A DNA stretch of 63,888 nt from Gnetum montanum (GCA_015680685.1 MNCI01000690.1:584319-648206), one strand, 5' to 3'. Positions 10,862 through 25,500 are shown, counted from the first letter of the stretch. Numbers and translations are program-made. The notes: generated by a model from the sequence alone, not told the origin.

Positions 10862-13800
10862 CCCTAGCATCTCCTCCACCACCAAGAAATTGGCAGTTGT
10901 GGGGAATTTCTCCCTTATAAGGAAGTTTAAGAAGACAGACCCCTTGACAGTGACCCTAGATTCATTAAAAGACTTAAGGACACTTGTTGATGTAGGTTGT
11001 ATTTGCTTAGTTAGGCCCAAGCTTTCAACAATCATCAACATGCACTTGATACACTTTGAACTACCCTACATGTATGGTTATGAATAAAGGAGCCCTAGTT
11101 ACTTTGCCATTTTGGGGATTAACCTTGATTTCACTATCGCTAAATACTAGGAGTGTTAACTTTCCTCCCTTGATGATGGAGGGACCAGCACTACATGGAT
11201 GGCTTCCTCATTAGTAAGGATGTCCTTACTAATGGGAATGGAAGTTAACATTTTGACTAACACCTCACAATGTGTGCGGAAGTCATGATTAGGTCATATA
11301 AGCTTATAGTTATGTTCTTCTACTTGAGGGATTTCTTGACTTGACCCATCCCACTGAGGAATTTTTTATCATTGGTTGTGGACTTGTTGTCCTAGATGTA
11401 CTTCACTTCCTCCATGTTTCCCAAAATGCAAACTTTAGCTTTAGGTTGTGGTTGTTGGGGCTTTTCCTCATTCTTTTGATTATGGTATTAAGGATCCTCC
11501 TATGGCTTATTGGTTGAAGCAGATTGAGCAGAGGAGGTCGTGAGTATAGCCGAGAGGGAAATGGGCTTTAGTAGGCCTACTTCCTTTCATGCCTTCATCT
11601 GCTTGTCACCCTTGTTGCTAGGATTTTTCTCATAGTTCTTCCTTTGCTTAGTTGAGGTTTTCTAGTTATCAGTCATTGGTTGTAAAGAAGAGGTAGTAGC
11701 ATTAGCCATCACAAGAGGTCATTGTGCAATTGGTTGGGCTACAATTGGTTGGGTTGTGTTAGGCTACGATATTCTAATGACAAAAGTTTTCCTTAAAGGT
11801 ATTCGTGATGTCACTCTTATGAAAAAGAGGGATCTAGAGTTGGTGAAAGCTAAAGAAGCCTTTTCATCACAAGGGGATACTCAGATCACATATGGCTCTC
11901 TTACAAGTCACCGATCATCATCGAATGCATTCAATAGGTCTTTGTACACTTGCATCAACTAATTTTGTGACTAGACTAGCTTAGAAGCATATAAGACCAA
12001 CTCCCTCCTATCTATCATCCACTACAGGTCATCCTTCAGCATAAGGCAAAAGTATGTGTCATGACCAAGCAATTGGTAATAATGGCAAAAGATATCTAGT
12101 TTAAAGTACATAGGTAATTGGGGATCATCCTTTGTTGCTTGAGTGGGATCCTTGACTATTTCACATAGCCACTCATGCTTCTTTCAAATGGTTTCAATCA
12201 TCTGTTTGTATTGGATGCACCCACTCTTCAAAAGCTAATCTAGTAACTTGGATGGTTTCAAAGGTAAGGCAATGTATTTACTTTAATATTTATTATCAAA
12301 ATTTGGCTAGTTGCAATTGATGCAATGGCCCTAAATGTTGATGGTTGTCTATCATGGCTATTAGTGAGAGCCTTGGGTAGGTTGTTCCTTGGCCCCTAGT
12401 TAGTAGTCTTTCCTTCTTTGGTCACTATTGCTATGGCCATGTTGTTTTGTTTGTTCTTTTCCTTATCCCTCTGTGTATGTTAATTTTTATATGCTATGTA
12501 GGCTGGATCATGACTAGCCTCCACAGCATCCTTTATGTTCTTGGTTTGGGAAAACACTTGGCTAAGGGACCATGGATCAAGATAGTAAAGTTTTGACTTG
12601 ATAAAGTCATTCACTGCCCCCTTGAATATGGCTAAAAGGTGGTCCTCAATGATGGATTCTAGTATTTCATTCAACAACCCATTTCATCATTGAATGAACT
12701 TCTGTATAGGTTCTAGGGGTCCCTTCTTGACCTTCATGAGTTGGTCAAGTGTAGTGTTGGGCCTCAAGTTATACTTGAAGTAGTTGATAAATTGGGCTAT
12801 CAAGTCCTCCAAAAAGGATATGGATCCTCTAGGTAATGTGCGGTACCAATCAAGTGCTTTCCCAATCAAAGACATAGGGAGAATCCTCATGATAGTATGA
12901 GGCCACAGTAGCAATAGCAAGCACTTGGATCTAAAGGTTATAAGGTGAGCATTGGGATCACCTTCTCCGTTATACTTACTAAACTAGGGAATAGAAACAC
13001 CAAGAGGAAGTGTCAACAATGGGACCATAGGACTAATGGGATCATCCTAGTAGAAATCCATGATCTTGACAGTTTGTGAAGTAGAGGCTTTAAGCCCCTT
13101 CAACTCCTCCATTAGGCCTTGGATCATCTGGAAAGATTGATCCAGGCCTTGTGGTGGCCCTATTGGCTGTGGGGTTTGCACATATGGTTGCAACATTTTT
13201 TGTGAGGCTTGTGGCCTTGCTATGAATTGTAGGATGGAAGAAAGAGATTATGTTATGGTTGTAGCTTATGGACCAAACAAGGAAAAGGAAGTTTGTGCCA
13301 ATACATGAGACACAAATGGGATAAAGAAGGTGTGTAACCCCTAAGTTGATTAGGTTCCTATGGTGGATCCCCCATGACTGGTCCATGGGCTAATGGTAGT
13401 AGCTACCACCATCATTGGTCGAATTAACCTAGGTTGGGTAGCAAGGGGCATGGAGAAGTGAAAGGTGGTTGGCTATAACACTGATTATGCTTAGTGTGCA
13501 ACGATGGTTGGTGTTGGCCCAAACATGATTAGGAATGATGGGAATGAAGGTGGTGGGACATGCCCATAGGAACAGGCCAAGGAGATAGATATGGGCATCA
13601 TGGCCTTGGGGATCCCTTATTGGAAAAGTTCCCTCAATTTTTCAGATTCAGACTCTACCATGAATTCACTTTTCCTCCTCTGGTTTCCCCTCAGAGGTAA
13701 CCTTCTGGTTATCCTCATCAACCTCAATGAGAAGGGCTAAGACACTAGCATATATGTCATTAAGGGGTATTTGGTCATAAGAGGGAATACACTCCTTTCC

Positions 13801-13914
13801 ATCATGATGGATGAGCTCAAACTTCTGTTTAGCCTCTACTTCCACTCGTGGGATTAACATGCTAGCCTGGATCTTGGCACAAATGAAGTTATATTGTTCT
13901 TCATTTATTGTCAT
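10862..13914 (-). pseudogene. Tat/Ogre-type gag and N-terminal protease, degenerate
   Basis: Retrotrans_gag-like motifs (12480-12960), Pro-rich linker, a CHYHQLLGHDT-type Cys/His motif near 12060-12090, and protease LKSFNESRVTVKG..FLVVEE. Confidence 0.75.
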
Positions 13915-14777
13915 GGAACCAAGACTTTATCCTCTAATTCTAAGAGATTACCTTCATTCCATTATAGTAGGGTCTTTGGGATCATAAACCCTCATGTGTT
14001 GTTGATCTAACCCATTGTCAGTGTAGTTATAAGGCAACTTGGTCAATTGTGAGAGACACATGGCTAGTTCCTTTAAAATGGCTTGAAATAGGCTATAAAA
14101 AGGAAAAAATAAAATCCAATCCTAACATGTGGAATTTAAAAATGATTAAAGGAAGTAAAAATGGCTAAAAATGAAGCATTTTTTATAATTAGTAAGTAAG
14201 GGGTAATGGGGGTTTACCCCTTTACCAAAAATAGAAAAGAAATGTTGGTGTTAAGCCTCACCCACACGCCTCCCAACTATCTCTATGTTGGGTATGTTAA
14301 GGGGGAAAAGAAGGGGAGTGAGACAATGGAAATCTCACACCTTCTAATCCAATGTTGATGAGGGGGGAAAGAATAAAAACCAAAGTGGAAATTTGGTGTT
14401 TTTCCACTAGAATTTGATTTTGGTAGGCTACCAATTTTCTTAACTAGAAAACATGGGGAGGGGAGCTAACTTCCAAAAGTTTGATGGTTTTCAAAAGGGT
14501 TGCACCACCCACCTTGGAAACTAAAAAAATTGGCAGCAATAAGGAAAACGAATGAAGGGTTTCAATGATGGCTTTGGGCTAAAAAATTCATTGCAATTAC
14601 TATGAAAAGCCAACATCTAACCATCTGCAACTTCCATGCTACAGTTTTGGTCAAAGGAGGGAAGGCACGACATTGATTTTTCAAAGTTTTAACTACAAAA
14701 AATCAAAAAAAAAAACCTGCAAATGGTAATGTTGGCAATGGAGAAAAATAGATCTAGTCACAGAAATCAGGCAGAGG

Positions 14778-14794
14778 CTCTCCTTCTAGCACCA
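14778..14794 (-). other. PBS of Tat/Ogre-type element
   Basis: TGGTGCTAGAAGGAGAG shortly after the LTR end (..CACAACA-ATTTTC). Resembles the TGGCGCTAGAAGGAGGG PBS seen in Tat-clade elements. Confidence 0.7.
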
Positions 14795-14800
14795 GAAAAT

Positions 14801-16382
14801 TGTTGTGACCAAAAAAATTAATCTCTAGAAAACCAGTGTATCCAATGCATCAACCTCAACCTAGAATCCCCAAGGCCTCTGAAAAATGAAATTCCAAGTA
14901 ACCTGGATGATTCAGCATATCACCCAGGAACTTACAGAATGCAAAATGAATGATGCAAAATAAGAAATACAAATCTGAAAATCAAAAGTAAAATATTTTG
15001 CATACAAATTCAAATTTTAAACTTTCTGTAAACAAATAAAGAATAAGTTTAGGGGTGTGTATAGGTGTTTCCCTTGAGAGAGCAGAAGAGGGTTCACTGG
15101 GACAGGCTTTTAGAGCCCATTGAAGCTTATGTGATCTACTTCATGATGATGCTCAACCACCCCTGGTGTTGTCAAACCTCCTTTGCTACAACTCTAGATT
15201 TGTAACTTAGGTTACTACTGGGGATGAGAAAATTGAGAAATCTAGCTACCAAATTGCTCCATGTTGGGGGGTTTGGGAGTCCCTGAAATGCAATGTAAAC
15301 ACCAAAAATCCACAAGTATCAGGGGGATTGCAAATGCTATAATGCTTCCACGTTAGGATTCACAAGAATGCAACCATGGGAGATTGCAAGAGCTCTTGAG
15401 TGCTTGAAAATGCCCATGTGTAAAAATTCCAAAAGTCTCCAATTGTGAAAAAATGTAGAACTGTGAAAAATTGCTCAACCTAAAAATGGTGTTTGAAACT
15501 AGTTTTTATAGGTTTAAGGCCACGAATGGTGCAACAAAATGATTGTAATTTTGCTACACAATGACTACAAATTGGCTATAATTTTGCTTCAAATTTCTAC
15601 CTCATACAGGTAAGATGGTTGCCCAAATTTGGAGGGTTACCATATATAGTAAGTGCCTTTCCCCATGACCATTTTGTTTACTATAAATAGTAATAGAGAC
15701 TCATCTTCTATGTTGGGGATAGGTCTTCCATGTTGAGCCTTCTACCATCCTTGCTGAAGTGGCTGGTCAACGTTGGAGTGCATTGAGTGTTGAAATCTGG
15801 CTTTTGTGGCTTCCATGTTGTGGGCATGTCGTTTCCACTTTGGGGGAGGGGGGGAATGTTTCCATGCTAAGGAGGAAACCCCCATCCCTCCACACTAGGA
15901 ATAGGTAAGATTTACCCCCTACAAATATTTCTAGCATAGAAAAGTATATATTCTCCATAAAAACCCATCAAATTAACATTTCTGACATTCCAAAAGGCAA
16001 TTTTAATCCTCTAATGCCCAAATATAAATACTAGATTACTTTTTCACTTGGGGAATTTTGACCACTTATAAGGCATTTTTTAGCCCCAAAAGTATGGAAT
16101 ATGTACTTCCTCATATGAGATGCCTATTAGGCTAGCATTATGTACTAGCTCATGTGGAAAAAATAATATAAAAATATTTTCATAATTATAATTTATTTTT
16201 AATTTATGTTTTTTCCCATGAGAGCTTCTACCCAATGTTGCCAAATGATTTCTGGAATATAAGCTTGATCACTATTTCGTGAAAGAGCATCCTTTTACCC
16301 TATCTTACCAGCATCTATGAGGTAGAGCCACAGAGGAAGATTCCACTAAATTGGAGAGAGAGCCAAATTTATATCTTCACTA
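14801..16382 (-). repeat. 5' LTR of Tat/Ogre-type element
   Basis: Starts TGTTG adjacent to the PBS. Minus-strand TATA (tttttatagg ~15503). Right end estimated from aaatttatatcttcacta. Confidence 0.6.
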
Positions 16383-16399
16383 TCAACCAAGAATTATGA

Positions 16400-18000
16400 T
16401 AAGCAATATTTCCATATCTCATTTTAAATTTCTTACCTAGATTCCATCATTAATCTACAATTTTACCTAAGATTCGAAGACTAGTTGGGAGATCGAAGCC
16501 ACCTAAGGATCCTTGCTACAGTGATTATAATTTCAGGTAGGCTAATTTGGTGTTTTACACCTTTAGGTTTTGGTAATTTTGATTAGTGTAAATTATTTAC
16601 CTTTTTTCACTTGTTCAATAACTATTCACTGAATTATCTAATTTCTCACATTTGAATATTTTAATATTATTTTCTTTACATTGGTTATTTTTGAGATTTA
16701 TTACCATGCATGGAATGTTACTCAACATTTTGATCATGTTTTGACAAAGTTTGACATACTTTTTTGTTCCAAATTCTACCAAAAATTTAACTATATAAAT
16801 AAGGTTTCAAGACATTTTTCAAATTTTTAATTCCCAAGATGATCCTAGATGTTAACAGCCTAAAAGAAAATAATATCTAGCATACCAGCACAAACCATAA
16901 GGCACTCTCTATTATCCATCATAACTTGGTCATGACATAATTTATTCTATTTTTGAATTAGAATAACTAAGTAACTTTTTTTCAGAGCCCCTTGGCCTTC
17001 GAGCAATGTAGAATTATCAAAAAACCCAAAAATATACTTTTTAGAGCTCCTAGAATGTTTGAAAATTTAAAATCAATAATTGATGATATAATAATAGTTG
17101 TAGGAATTGTCTTGAGAAGATTGGATTCCCATTTTTGAAACATTTTAATTTTTTAGACACTTATCTAATCCTACATTTTGATTTTAGCTTTATTTGGCAT
17201 ATTATAACCTACCATTTGATAGTTCAATACCTTACATTTATTCTCGTTTAGTTCATGCAATTGGTTGGATTCATCTCCCCACCACCTAGGGATTTGTTTT
17301 TTACAAGATTTATTTAATCATTGGATTTTAGTTTAGTTTCGCTAACTATATGATTATATGTGGGTTCTAGACTCACCAATTATTATTATATGTGCATTTT
17401 AGAGTCACCAAGCATATGTGAGTTTCAAACACACTAATTATTTATATGTGAGTTTTGATTCACTTATCATATGTGGGTTTTTGACTCATCAATCATTTAT
17501 ATGTGAGTTTTAGACTCATCAATTATATAAAAGAAATATAGGCTTTAGACTCATTATCATTGGAAGTTGATCTATTTTTCGGTTGAATCATGGGTAGTGG
17601 TGGAGTTTTTAGTTTATAACTAACTATTGGTTTGCCCAATTATCATCATTATTTGTTTGCTTTAGTTAATCTTTGTTTGTAGCTACCCATGTGCATGACT
17701 ATCCATCTACCTAATGCCTCCAACCAAAACCATGAGTGAGTATTTTTACTAGTTGTTTTACCCTACTCAATCTTAAGACTAATTTCCTTGGTTTTTTTAT
17801 GCTTCTTAGGTGATTATATCAATTTTGATGAGGAGGATTTAACGGAGGTAGTTGATGATTAATCTTTATCTTTTAGAGATTTTAGCTGATATTATAATTC
17901 TAGTTTAAGTTTAATTCTATGTTGTAATATTCAGCTAGGATTATGAATTTGCAATGTATATGGGATTTGTACTATACTTTTGCCAACCTTAAGTGTAACC
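16400..18000 (+). mobile_element. LTR-like remnant (Tekay-like) with internal tandem repeats
   Basis: Non-coding. Contains ~7 degenerate copies of tatgtgRgttttagactcaYYaa at 17358-17555. Boundaries not defined. Confidence 0.4.
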
Positions 18001-18759
18001 AAACTCAAATTTGAACTTAGTTACATTGTGTGGTTTCTTACATTTTATTCAATTTGACAGTTATGCAACATTTAAGTCTAATGTCTTTCTAGATGCAAAT
18101 GTATTTTCAATCTCATATTTCCATATATTGGATCAAGTAGTTTGTTCACGTTTAATTTAATCTTGCACAAGTTAATTTCAAGATTTATTTTTATGGATCT
18201 ATTATTGTTAATTTCTAGCTTGGGCAATTGGTTCTATCCTTTTTCTGGTAGTCAATAGATTAGGTTTGATATGCATGAGGCTATTTTCATTATTTTTAGA
18301 ACATTTCACATTTTTTTCTATATTTTTTTGCCCCTATGCACCTGCTTTCTTGGACACCTACTACTTAGACTATTTAATTTTCTTGGCATCCATTCAATTT
18401 TTTCAAGCAACATTTTACTTTTTTACAATTTATATTCTTTATATAAGTAATGCTTTCCCAACCTAAGCCTAATAGCAAGGTTTTACATATCGAATGTATT
18501 ACAAGCCTGACATATTCTATAATGATATTCATTAGCAGTATTCATCTTCATTTTATTTAAATCATCTTCATAAAATGTTACTTTCTTAACTTCTAAATAA
18601 ATTAACCCCTCAAACTTAACATCTAATTTAGAAGAATAATATAGATTATATGAGTCATACAAGCTTACAAATATATTAGAATGAAAATACTTCAAAATTA
18701 ATGAAAACTCCTTTTTAGAGAAAATTAGTAAGAGATCTCATCATACCTATGACTCGGTG

Positions 18760-20200
18760 ATTTTTAGTTAATGTCATAGAAGGGAATAGAAGTATCTAAA
18801 TCTTTAGAAATGCTACTACATTTGAAGTCACATTAGTTAATGCTACTATATGGTTAGTCAAAAGTTAAGGAGCTACATTAGTTATGATGCAATAGGAAGG
18901 AGAGTAGAGACCTATAGAACTTTTGACTAACCATATTAAAGATGTTCTCAACATTCCAGCAGTACCTCCAACTATTTTTACTAAATTGAATGATGGTCAA
19001 CTAATACTTGGAGCTAATGATAAAGGAAAGAAAATAATCGATGTAGACTAACATGAAAGTATATTAAAGATACTAGTGCAAGTAAGGAAACAATCCAAAA
19101 TATTTTTAACATTCCTATAAATGTCATTATAGCCTAGTTTAAGTTGATTTCTACAAAGAGAAATTTGATCATTACAGAATTGAGACTCCAACATGCTAAG
19201 TTGAAAATCCAAATTACAAGATAAGCTAGCCCATCTCAAAATCCAAATACAATACCATGTAAGGTACATTGCATTGGAGTAATTAGAATACTTTAGAACT
19301 GAACAAGTTAATGAACTTCTGGTGAAACATCACTAGCTAGAAATGGAAAAGCAACATGGGATGCCTCAACTACAAATGAAGAAACCTATGCCTATTGCAA
19401 AGCCAGTATTGCGTTAGAAGAGAAAAATAAGAAACTTGCTATTAATAATAGAAGATTAGTTAATATAGAGAAAAAGAAAAATTAGCTAGAAGAAAGCCTT
19501 AATAATCTAAGAAAATAATTTACCAAAGTTAGTGTGGACATCAATAAACTAACTAGAGAAAACAAAAATCTGTTAATGGAGGAAGTTCACATGATCTACG
19601 AAAGTCTACTATTGAAACTACTACATAGCATAATAAAGTAAACATGAAAACTTGAACACAAATTTTAGAGCACAAACGGGCATGCAAAAGCAAGTAAATG
19701 AGGCAAAATTAAATTAGAAAATGCTAAAATCAATGTTGTAGTATAACAAATGCCCAAATTATAACCAATCTTTGACAGCATGACAATGATTCACTAGGTA
19801 AAGATTAAAATGAAAGAACTACAGATTGAGTACATGACATAGTATATGGAGTTATCCAATCTTAGATATCTGAACCTAGTAATGTTAATAGTAGGAAGTT
19901 AAGAAAACAAGCTTGAGAAGCAGTTGGAATCCATGTATCTACTATACGAAAAGAAGCATAAGGATTGCAATAAGGCATAGCAAAAATCACATATTATCAA
20001 TGCAAAGCTATATGTATTAAAAACAAAGTATGTAGATCAAACAAATGTAGCAAAAAATTTGGAAAAATAACTTTCAGGCACTAGTAAAAGCATTTAATAC
20101 TAAAAGAAATAAATTTGCAACTTGGTACATTAAACTTAAGAGATTATTCTCACAGTTGTCATGTCCTTGGAAGGTGCTAACAATATCAAAACTTACTAAT
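18760..20200 (+). pseudogene. Degenerate ORF with DKGK motif and long coiled-coil, probably TE-derived accessory ORF
   Basis: Reads ...HIKDVLNIPAVPPTIFTKLNDGQLILGANDKGKKIIDVD*, then (from 19378) EETYAYCKASIALEEKNKKLAINNRRLVNIEKKKN*LEESLNNLRK*FTKVSVDINKLTRENKNLLMEE. Multiple stops and frameshifts. Confidence 0.45.
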
Positions 20201-21959
20201 TTAGCATGGATAGTGAGTGATCCTAGGATCAATGAAGAAAGGATGAGGATACTATTGAGCTATTTTCACATGAAACGATTTGTAGCATTGGGTAAGTAGC
20301 CTTAGTGATGAAATGTCAATAACATAACTACATCAATGCAGTCCCATCGATGTATCCCCATCTATGCATCTTAAGATGCATTGATGCAAGTACATTCACA
20401 CTAGCATAGGTATTGCCAATATAAATGTACATAACCCTCACATTTATGGCACCTTTCAGTCATTCCCTTAGCTAGACTCTTACAGTTTCTTCCCATAGAA
20501 ATTAGAATATTTTTCCTCTAGGTACCTACAGCATGATTTCAAGTGATTGTATAGCATTTTATTTAACTACATATATACCTAAACACACTTGCATGAATGG
20601 AAATAAAATTGAAATTTCTTCCATTCATCGCAGTACTTGAATTAGCTTAACTTTATTTTCCAGCAATTTACTTTAAATGCAATTTACTTTCTTATTATTA
20701 AGCAATTAATATTATCATTTATAAGCAATCTGAGTACGACACTTTGAGCATAATATATTAATGCTAGATAATCCTACCTGTGGATACTTGGTATGCCCAG
20801 TAGTAAATACTTGGTAATCCAGCAACATTAGTATATGTTTAGGATGTGTACAAAAAGTAGGAATGGATACTCCATGTATAGGCTAGTTAGTTAATTAATT
20901 AGTTAACTTAAATATTAAATCTTCAATTATTTAACCATTTCATAAACAAAGAATATGATAAAAAGTATTAAAATAAATGTCTTACACCTCAACCACACTT
21001 AAACATATGCATATATTGACATAGGTATTGATTGGGAAGACCATGACTAATGACTACATATTTCACCATCTAGGAATATCGGCCACTTAGGTAAATGAAG
21101 TCCACAAAATTCGACATGATCATGCATATATGCTAGTGATTCGTATGGTTGGGCACAGGAAATACCTACTGGTCATCATTGGCATCATTACTAGGAACTA
21201 ATTTAGTTAAGTGCACTAAGTATTAGTAGACAATGAACTCATATAAAGATGTTGTAAGGAGAAAATAATGTATTATCTTTCAAAAAAATAATAATAATAT
21301 TTTATCAATGCACACTTTATCAAAACAACTAAGATGGCTTCTTCTTGCAAGAATGATTCATCACCACTTGTCGATGACTCTAACCAGCAACATGACAAAT
21401 CCAAAAGGACTACTGATAAGTGTTCGTGAGCATTTAGGACCACCAACATTTTTCTTCTGTCTTGTGACTGGGATCATGGGAAATGAAGGTGTTCCTTCAA
21501 AACTTGAGTTTAGGTGTTTGCTAGTCTCTATAAATACCAAGGCCCAAATACCTCCAAATAAACTCAATGGTAATAGAGCAAACTAATCATAAATGTGTGT
21601 TTGTTGTTATGAATGCTAAATTGCTTGGGTTTCTGTATGAAACTAGTAACTGGCTATTATAACAAAAATTCAGCTAACCTTGTTGAATACTATGAGTCAT
21701 TAAAGATTTCTATTTTGTCAAGTCACTTAGTCTGTATAGTCCCTATAGTATGTTGCTTGAAACAAATAAAATTTCACCAAAATGCTTAACACAATTCTGC
21801 AAATATGTCTTTTGTGTTTAATGTTTAAGATCTTGTGCACTATCATGGACCAGTTGATGAGAATACCATACAAGATAGCATCGATAAGTTGAAGAGGGCT
21901 ATTGATCAATCCAAGACTTCAATGGAGAGGAAGGCAATCGTGCTCAAGTGGAGGAAAGC

Positions 21960-23214
21960 TTCTAACACTTGGGGAGTTAAAAGGCATGAATATTTTATCC
22001 ATTAGAAGGATCAATTCGTTGATGATGCTATATGGATCCATGAGACCAAACTTGTTGAGTGAGGAATCACTTCTACCCCTACTCCATTGCTCAACTAAGT
22101 TTACATTTTGAAGGGTGGGAAAGCTAGTGTAGGATCACCTCTCCTAGTTTCCTTGTGCTTTGTCCTACAACTTGTTTTTGCAGGTTTTAGGCTTGAAGAA
22201 GATGTGAATGAGTATGTCTTGATAATGTGTGTCTTTTTGTGTTGATTTTTGTTGATGATGATTACTAGATATTTCAGCATGTTTTGGGATGTTTTGGGCT
22301 CATTTTATTGAGTTTATAGGGTTCCAAGGTCTATGGGAACTTGTTTAGAGGCATCTAGAGGTTCTAGAATTCAAAACAAGCATTTTTGTGTTTGGCCCTA
22401 CCAGGTGGGACGTCCCAATTGAGATGTTCCAACTATGCATGCAACATCTCAGGTGAGATGTCCCACCAGAAACTCAAAAGTCCCAAGACCAAATGGGACA
22501 TTCCAAGAAAAATAATAGACATCTCAGCCAAGAGAAAGGCTTTTGCAAGAGACATCCCAACAAAGTTAGAGACAACCCTGACGAATTGGGAAACTTCTGA
22601 AAACACCCATCCCAATTCAAGAAACAACTAGAATGCAATGGATAAAGATGGAAATAGCTAGGGAGAAGGTGAGAAAACTTGGGAAACATCTAGAAAACCT
22701 CAAAGTAGGTTGAGGAAAGGTTTCTAGGGTTCTTATCTTCTAGTATGACATAAATATTGAAGTATTCATCATTCTTGGGATGATGATGAGTGAGAGAAAA
22801 TTCTCTTGAGAGGGAGAGCTGAGCAAGAAAGAGTGGGTAACCACATTGGGTAAGCGCAATTGGTGATTGTAGCTCCAAGATTAGCTTGTGATATGTTGGT
22901 CTATGTGTTCTCCTCTCTTGTATCTCACTTGTGAGTTGAGATCTCAATACCAGGTTATGGGAGAGATTTCTATTAGTTGTTTCTTGCATTTAGGACAACC
23001 AATGTGTAGTTGTAGAGCCTCATGCTTTGCAATATTGGTTGAGTGTAATAGGTTTTGGATGCTTGTGGGTTTTGTGAACCTTGTTGTAATCTTCTAATAA
23101 ATTAATTGAAGATAGCTAGTTTTGTTGTTTTCTAGCAAAAGGTTTTGTCTTTGCATAATATTTGGATTTAGTGTGTTGAAGGTGATTTAATTGCAGAGTC
23201 AACCTACTCCAACA
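21960..23214 (+). mobile_element. 3' end of a chromovirus: chromodomain, PPT and 3' LTR (22128-23214)
   Basis: Chromodomain-like GVKRHEYFIH*KDQFVDDAIWIHETKL, PPT GAAGGGTGGGAAA (~22110-22122), and LTR TGTAGG...CCAACA. The LTR 5' part is homologous to the reverse complement of 32394-33251. Confidence 0.75.
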
Positions 23215-23581
23215 TGAAAGCAACTTCACGTGTGAAGCAAAAATTCTTGAAGCAAAGGAGTCTCACCAAATAAAATTTTCACCAACCTTTGCTTAAAACC
23301 ATGTACATATGAGTTACACTAAGACTAAAAACTTCAAGCAGTGTTGCAATAGATGAATGAGTCTTCCATGTTGCAAAGTAGACATATAGGGCCATGAACA
23401 CTCAAATGAGAGTGGTGAATACCAACAGGAAATCCTTGATAAATCTAATACCATAAAAAATGCTTAATTTTTTAAGTATTTCATATCTTTTGAATTTTAT
23501 ACTTCTATAATTGCACATTATAGTTGACATTCTATATATAATTGAATCTTGATCAAACACTAGTATTAGAACTAATAATAG

Positions 23582-25500
23582 TATCACACCCCAAAAATTA
23601 TACTTAATTCATGGGGCATGATCATTAAAAACTTAACCACTTAATAAATCCTTAAGCAAACTTGAATACTTATAAAACCATTTAAGCATGCAAAACAACT
23701 TGGAAACTTAATAACTAAGGAAACACATCCATATTAGCATATTTATGCCCACTTAGGTCTCATTACAATATTACATCAAAGTTCAACAAAAAATCCATAT
23801 TCATAGCCAAAATAGAAATCCATTCAAAGGCCACAATAAAAAATGAAATACATAAATAGATAATCTTTCTCCAATGTTAATCCATCTTCTAGTTCTTTCT
23901 TGACTAGCTCCAAAGCTTTCCTACTAAATCTACATGAAAATACATGTAGGAAGGATTAGAACACCTTCATAGTAGAGAAACTCCACATTGAAGTATTCTA
24001 GAACAAGACTAGAAAATGGGGCCTACGTTGCAAAGCACACTATTAGAACCAACAATAAAGCTAATTAACAAATTCATTAATCAAAACATAGACCATTAAC
24101 ATAACCATTAATAATTAGAGTTAATGCTTTAATCTACAATTATTCCATGATTTGCTCTGCCCATTGATTTTCCGTGAGATTTCCAACATCATATGTTTGA
24201 AATATCTAGAAGGCTAATACCAAGTTACATTAGCCATCAAGGACTGTTTGGTATCATACCTTACCTATCTAAGCCAACCCTCATGTATGACAATATCCAA
24301 CTATTGAATTACATTATGGCTTCTATCAACCCTATAGTTACCCTAGATCCTAGATCCTTACTACTACCTTAAAAATTAGGTTTGATATTGATTACATGAA
24401 TAATCACAAAGGTCAAGTGTTGAATTGCATCCTCCACAATGCTTGCTCATTAATCGACTAGATATTCTTGTATCAATTACCTTGCTGAAACTCATGTCAG
24501 TTAATATAAATAATTGTAATATAAATACACCCCATGATATATTATTCCAATTAGAACTTTATAAATCAACATTACCTACTAGAATTGCACCCGTGACTTG
24601 ATATTTATAATTTTCAATTACCAAGGAAGATCATTTGCAAAGGAGTTTTTTGTTTTAATTTATTTTTGAAGTCAATTTTTGTAGAAAGATTTTTCATCTC
24701 TCAATACTTACTCTTTCTTTTACTTTGTATTTTATCGAGTTATCCTGATGCAACAAATATTCCATGAATGATTGTGGTACTTTTATCACATACTGAAACT
24801 ATTTAGCCCATACAAAGTCAAAATACATCTACAAGAAGGTGCTAGTACCAAGTTTTGAACTCAATACCTTTGGATGCAAAGCAATACAAGGTATTCAACT
24901 TGCTAATGGTCATGCTCTTATGTACATTCTTCAATTAACCAACAACTAAACACTTACTTAAGGTTGTCTATCTAACATGATGTTGAATAATCACGCAGTT
25001 AAGAATTGTTTATTTTATTTCTTTGCTTTGTGAATGTTGTTACTTGTCTTAGCAAAATAAAAACTTCATCATAATACTAACCCAAAATCACATATCTGCC
25101 ACACTTATAAATAGTTTAATTCATTAACTAACATCAACAAATCAAAGTAAACTTGTGATTTTAACCTAATGGATTTCAAAACTCCAAGTTATGGGTTTAT
25201 AGTAATATTAGTTATAAATCTCTACAAAAGCTTCCCATGGTTATATGTCCAAAGGGTACACAAACTTTTACCAATCCCAAAATGAGGTAGAGTTTCAAAT
25301 CCCTTAGGAGAAAGTCAAGCTAGTGGACAAGGCCTTGGTAAATTCAAGTTCAAAGAACAATGGTAAGATATTTCATGTTCGCCCCCGACATATAGGTACC
25401 TATCAACTTAAGAAAGAGAAACCAAAAATATCATCCTCATCTCTATTAACATTTAGATTGCAAACTTTCCATATAATCTCAACCCAACCTTTTTCATGTC
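23582..25500 (-). mobile_element. Possible degenerate Tekay-like LTR
   Basis: Starts tatcacacccc (compare TGTCACACCC). Non-coding with LTR-like composition. Right end unclear. Confidence 0.3.

Larger units (their letters stand above)
560..16382 (-). mobile_element. Degenerate Tat/Ogre-type Ty3/gypsy retrotransposon (5' LTR, PBS, gag, protease), interrupted by element 1119-10856
   Basis: LTR starts TG at 14801, with a Tat-type PBS at 14778-14794. Gag motif LIGKALDWYRTLPRGSISFLEDLIAQFINYF in ORF 12687-12920. The protease reads continuously across the insertion: FLVVEEMLGFN|LILGRSLLAKL*TICSSIHQEIHL. Right boundary is approximate. Confidence 0.8.
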
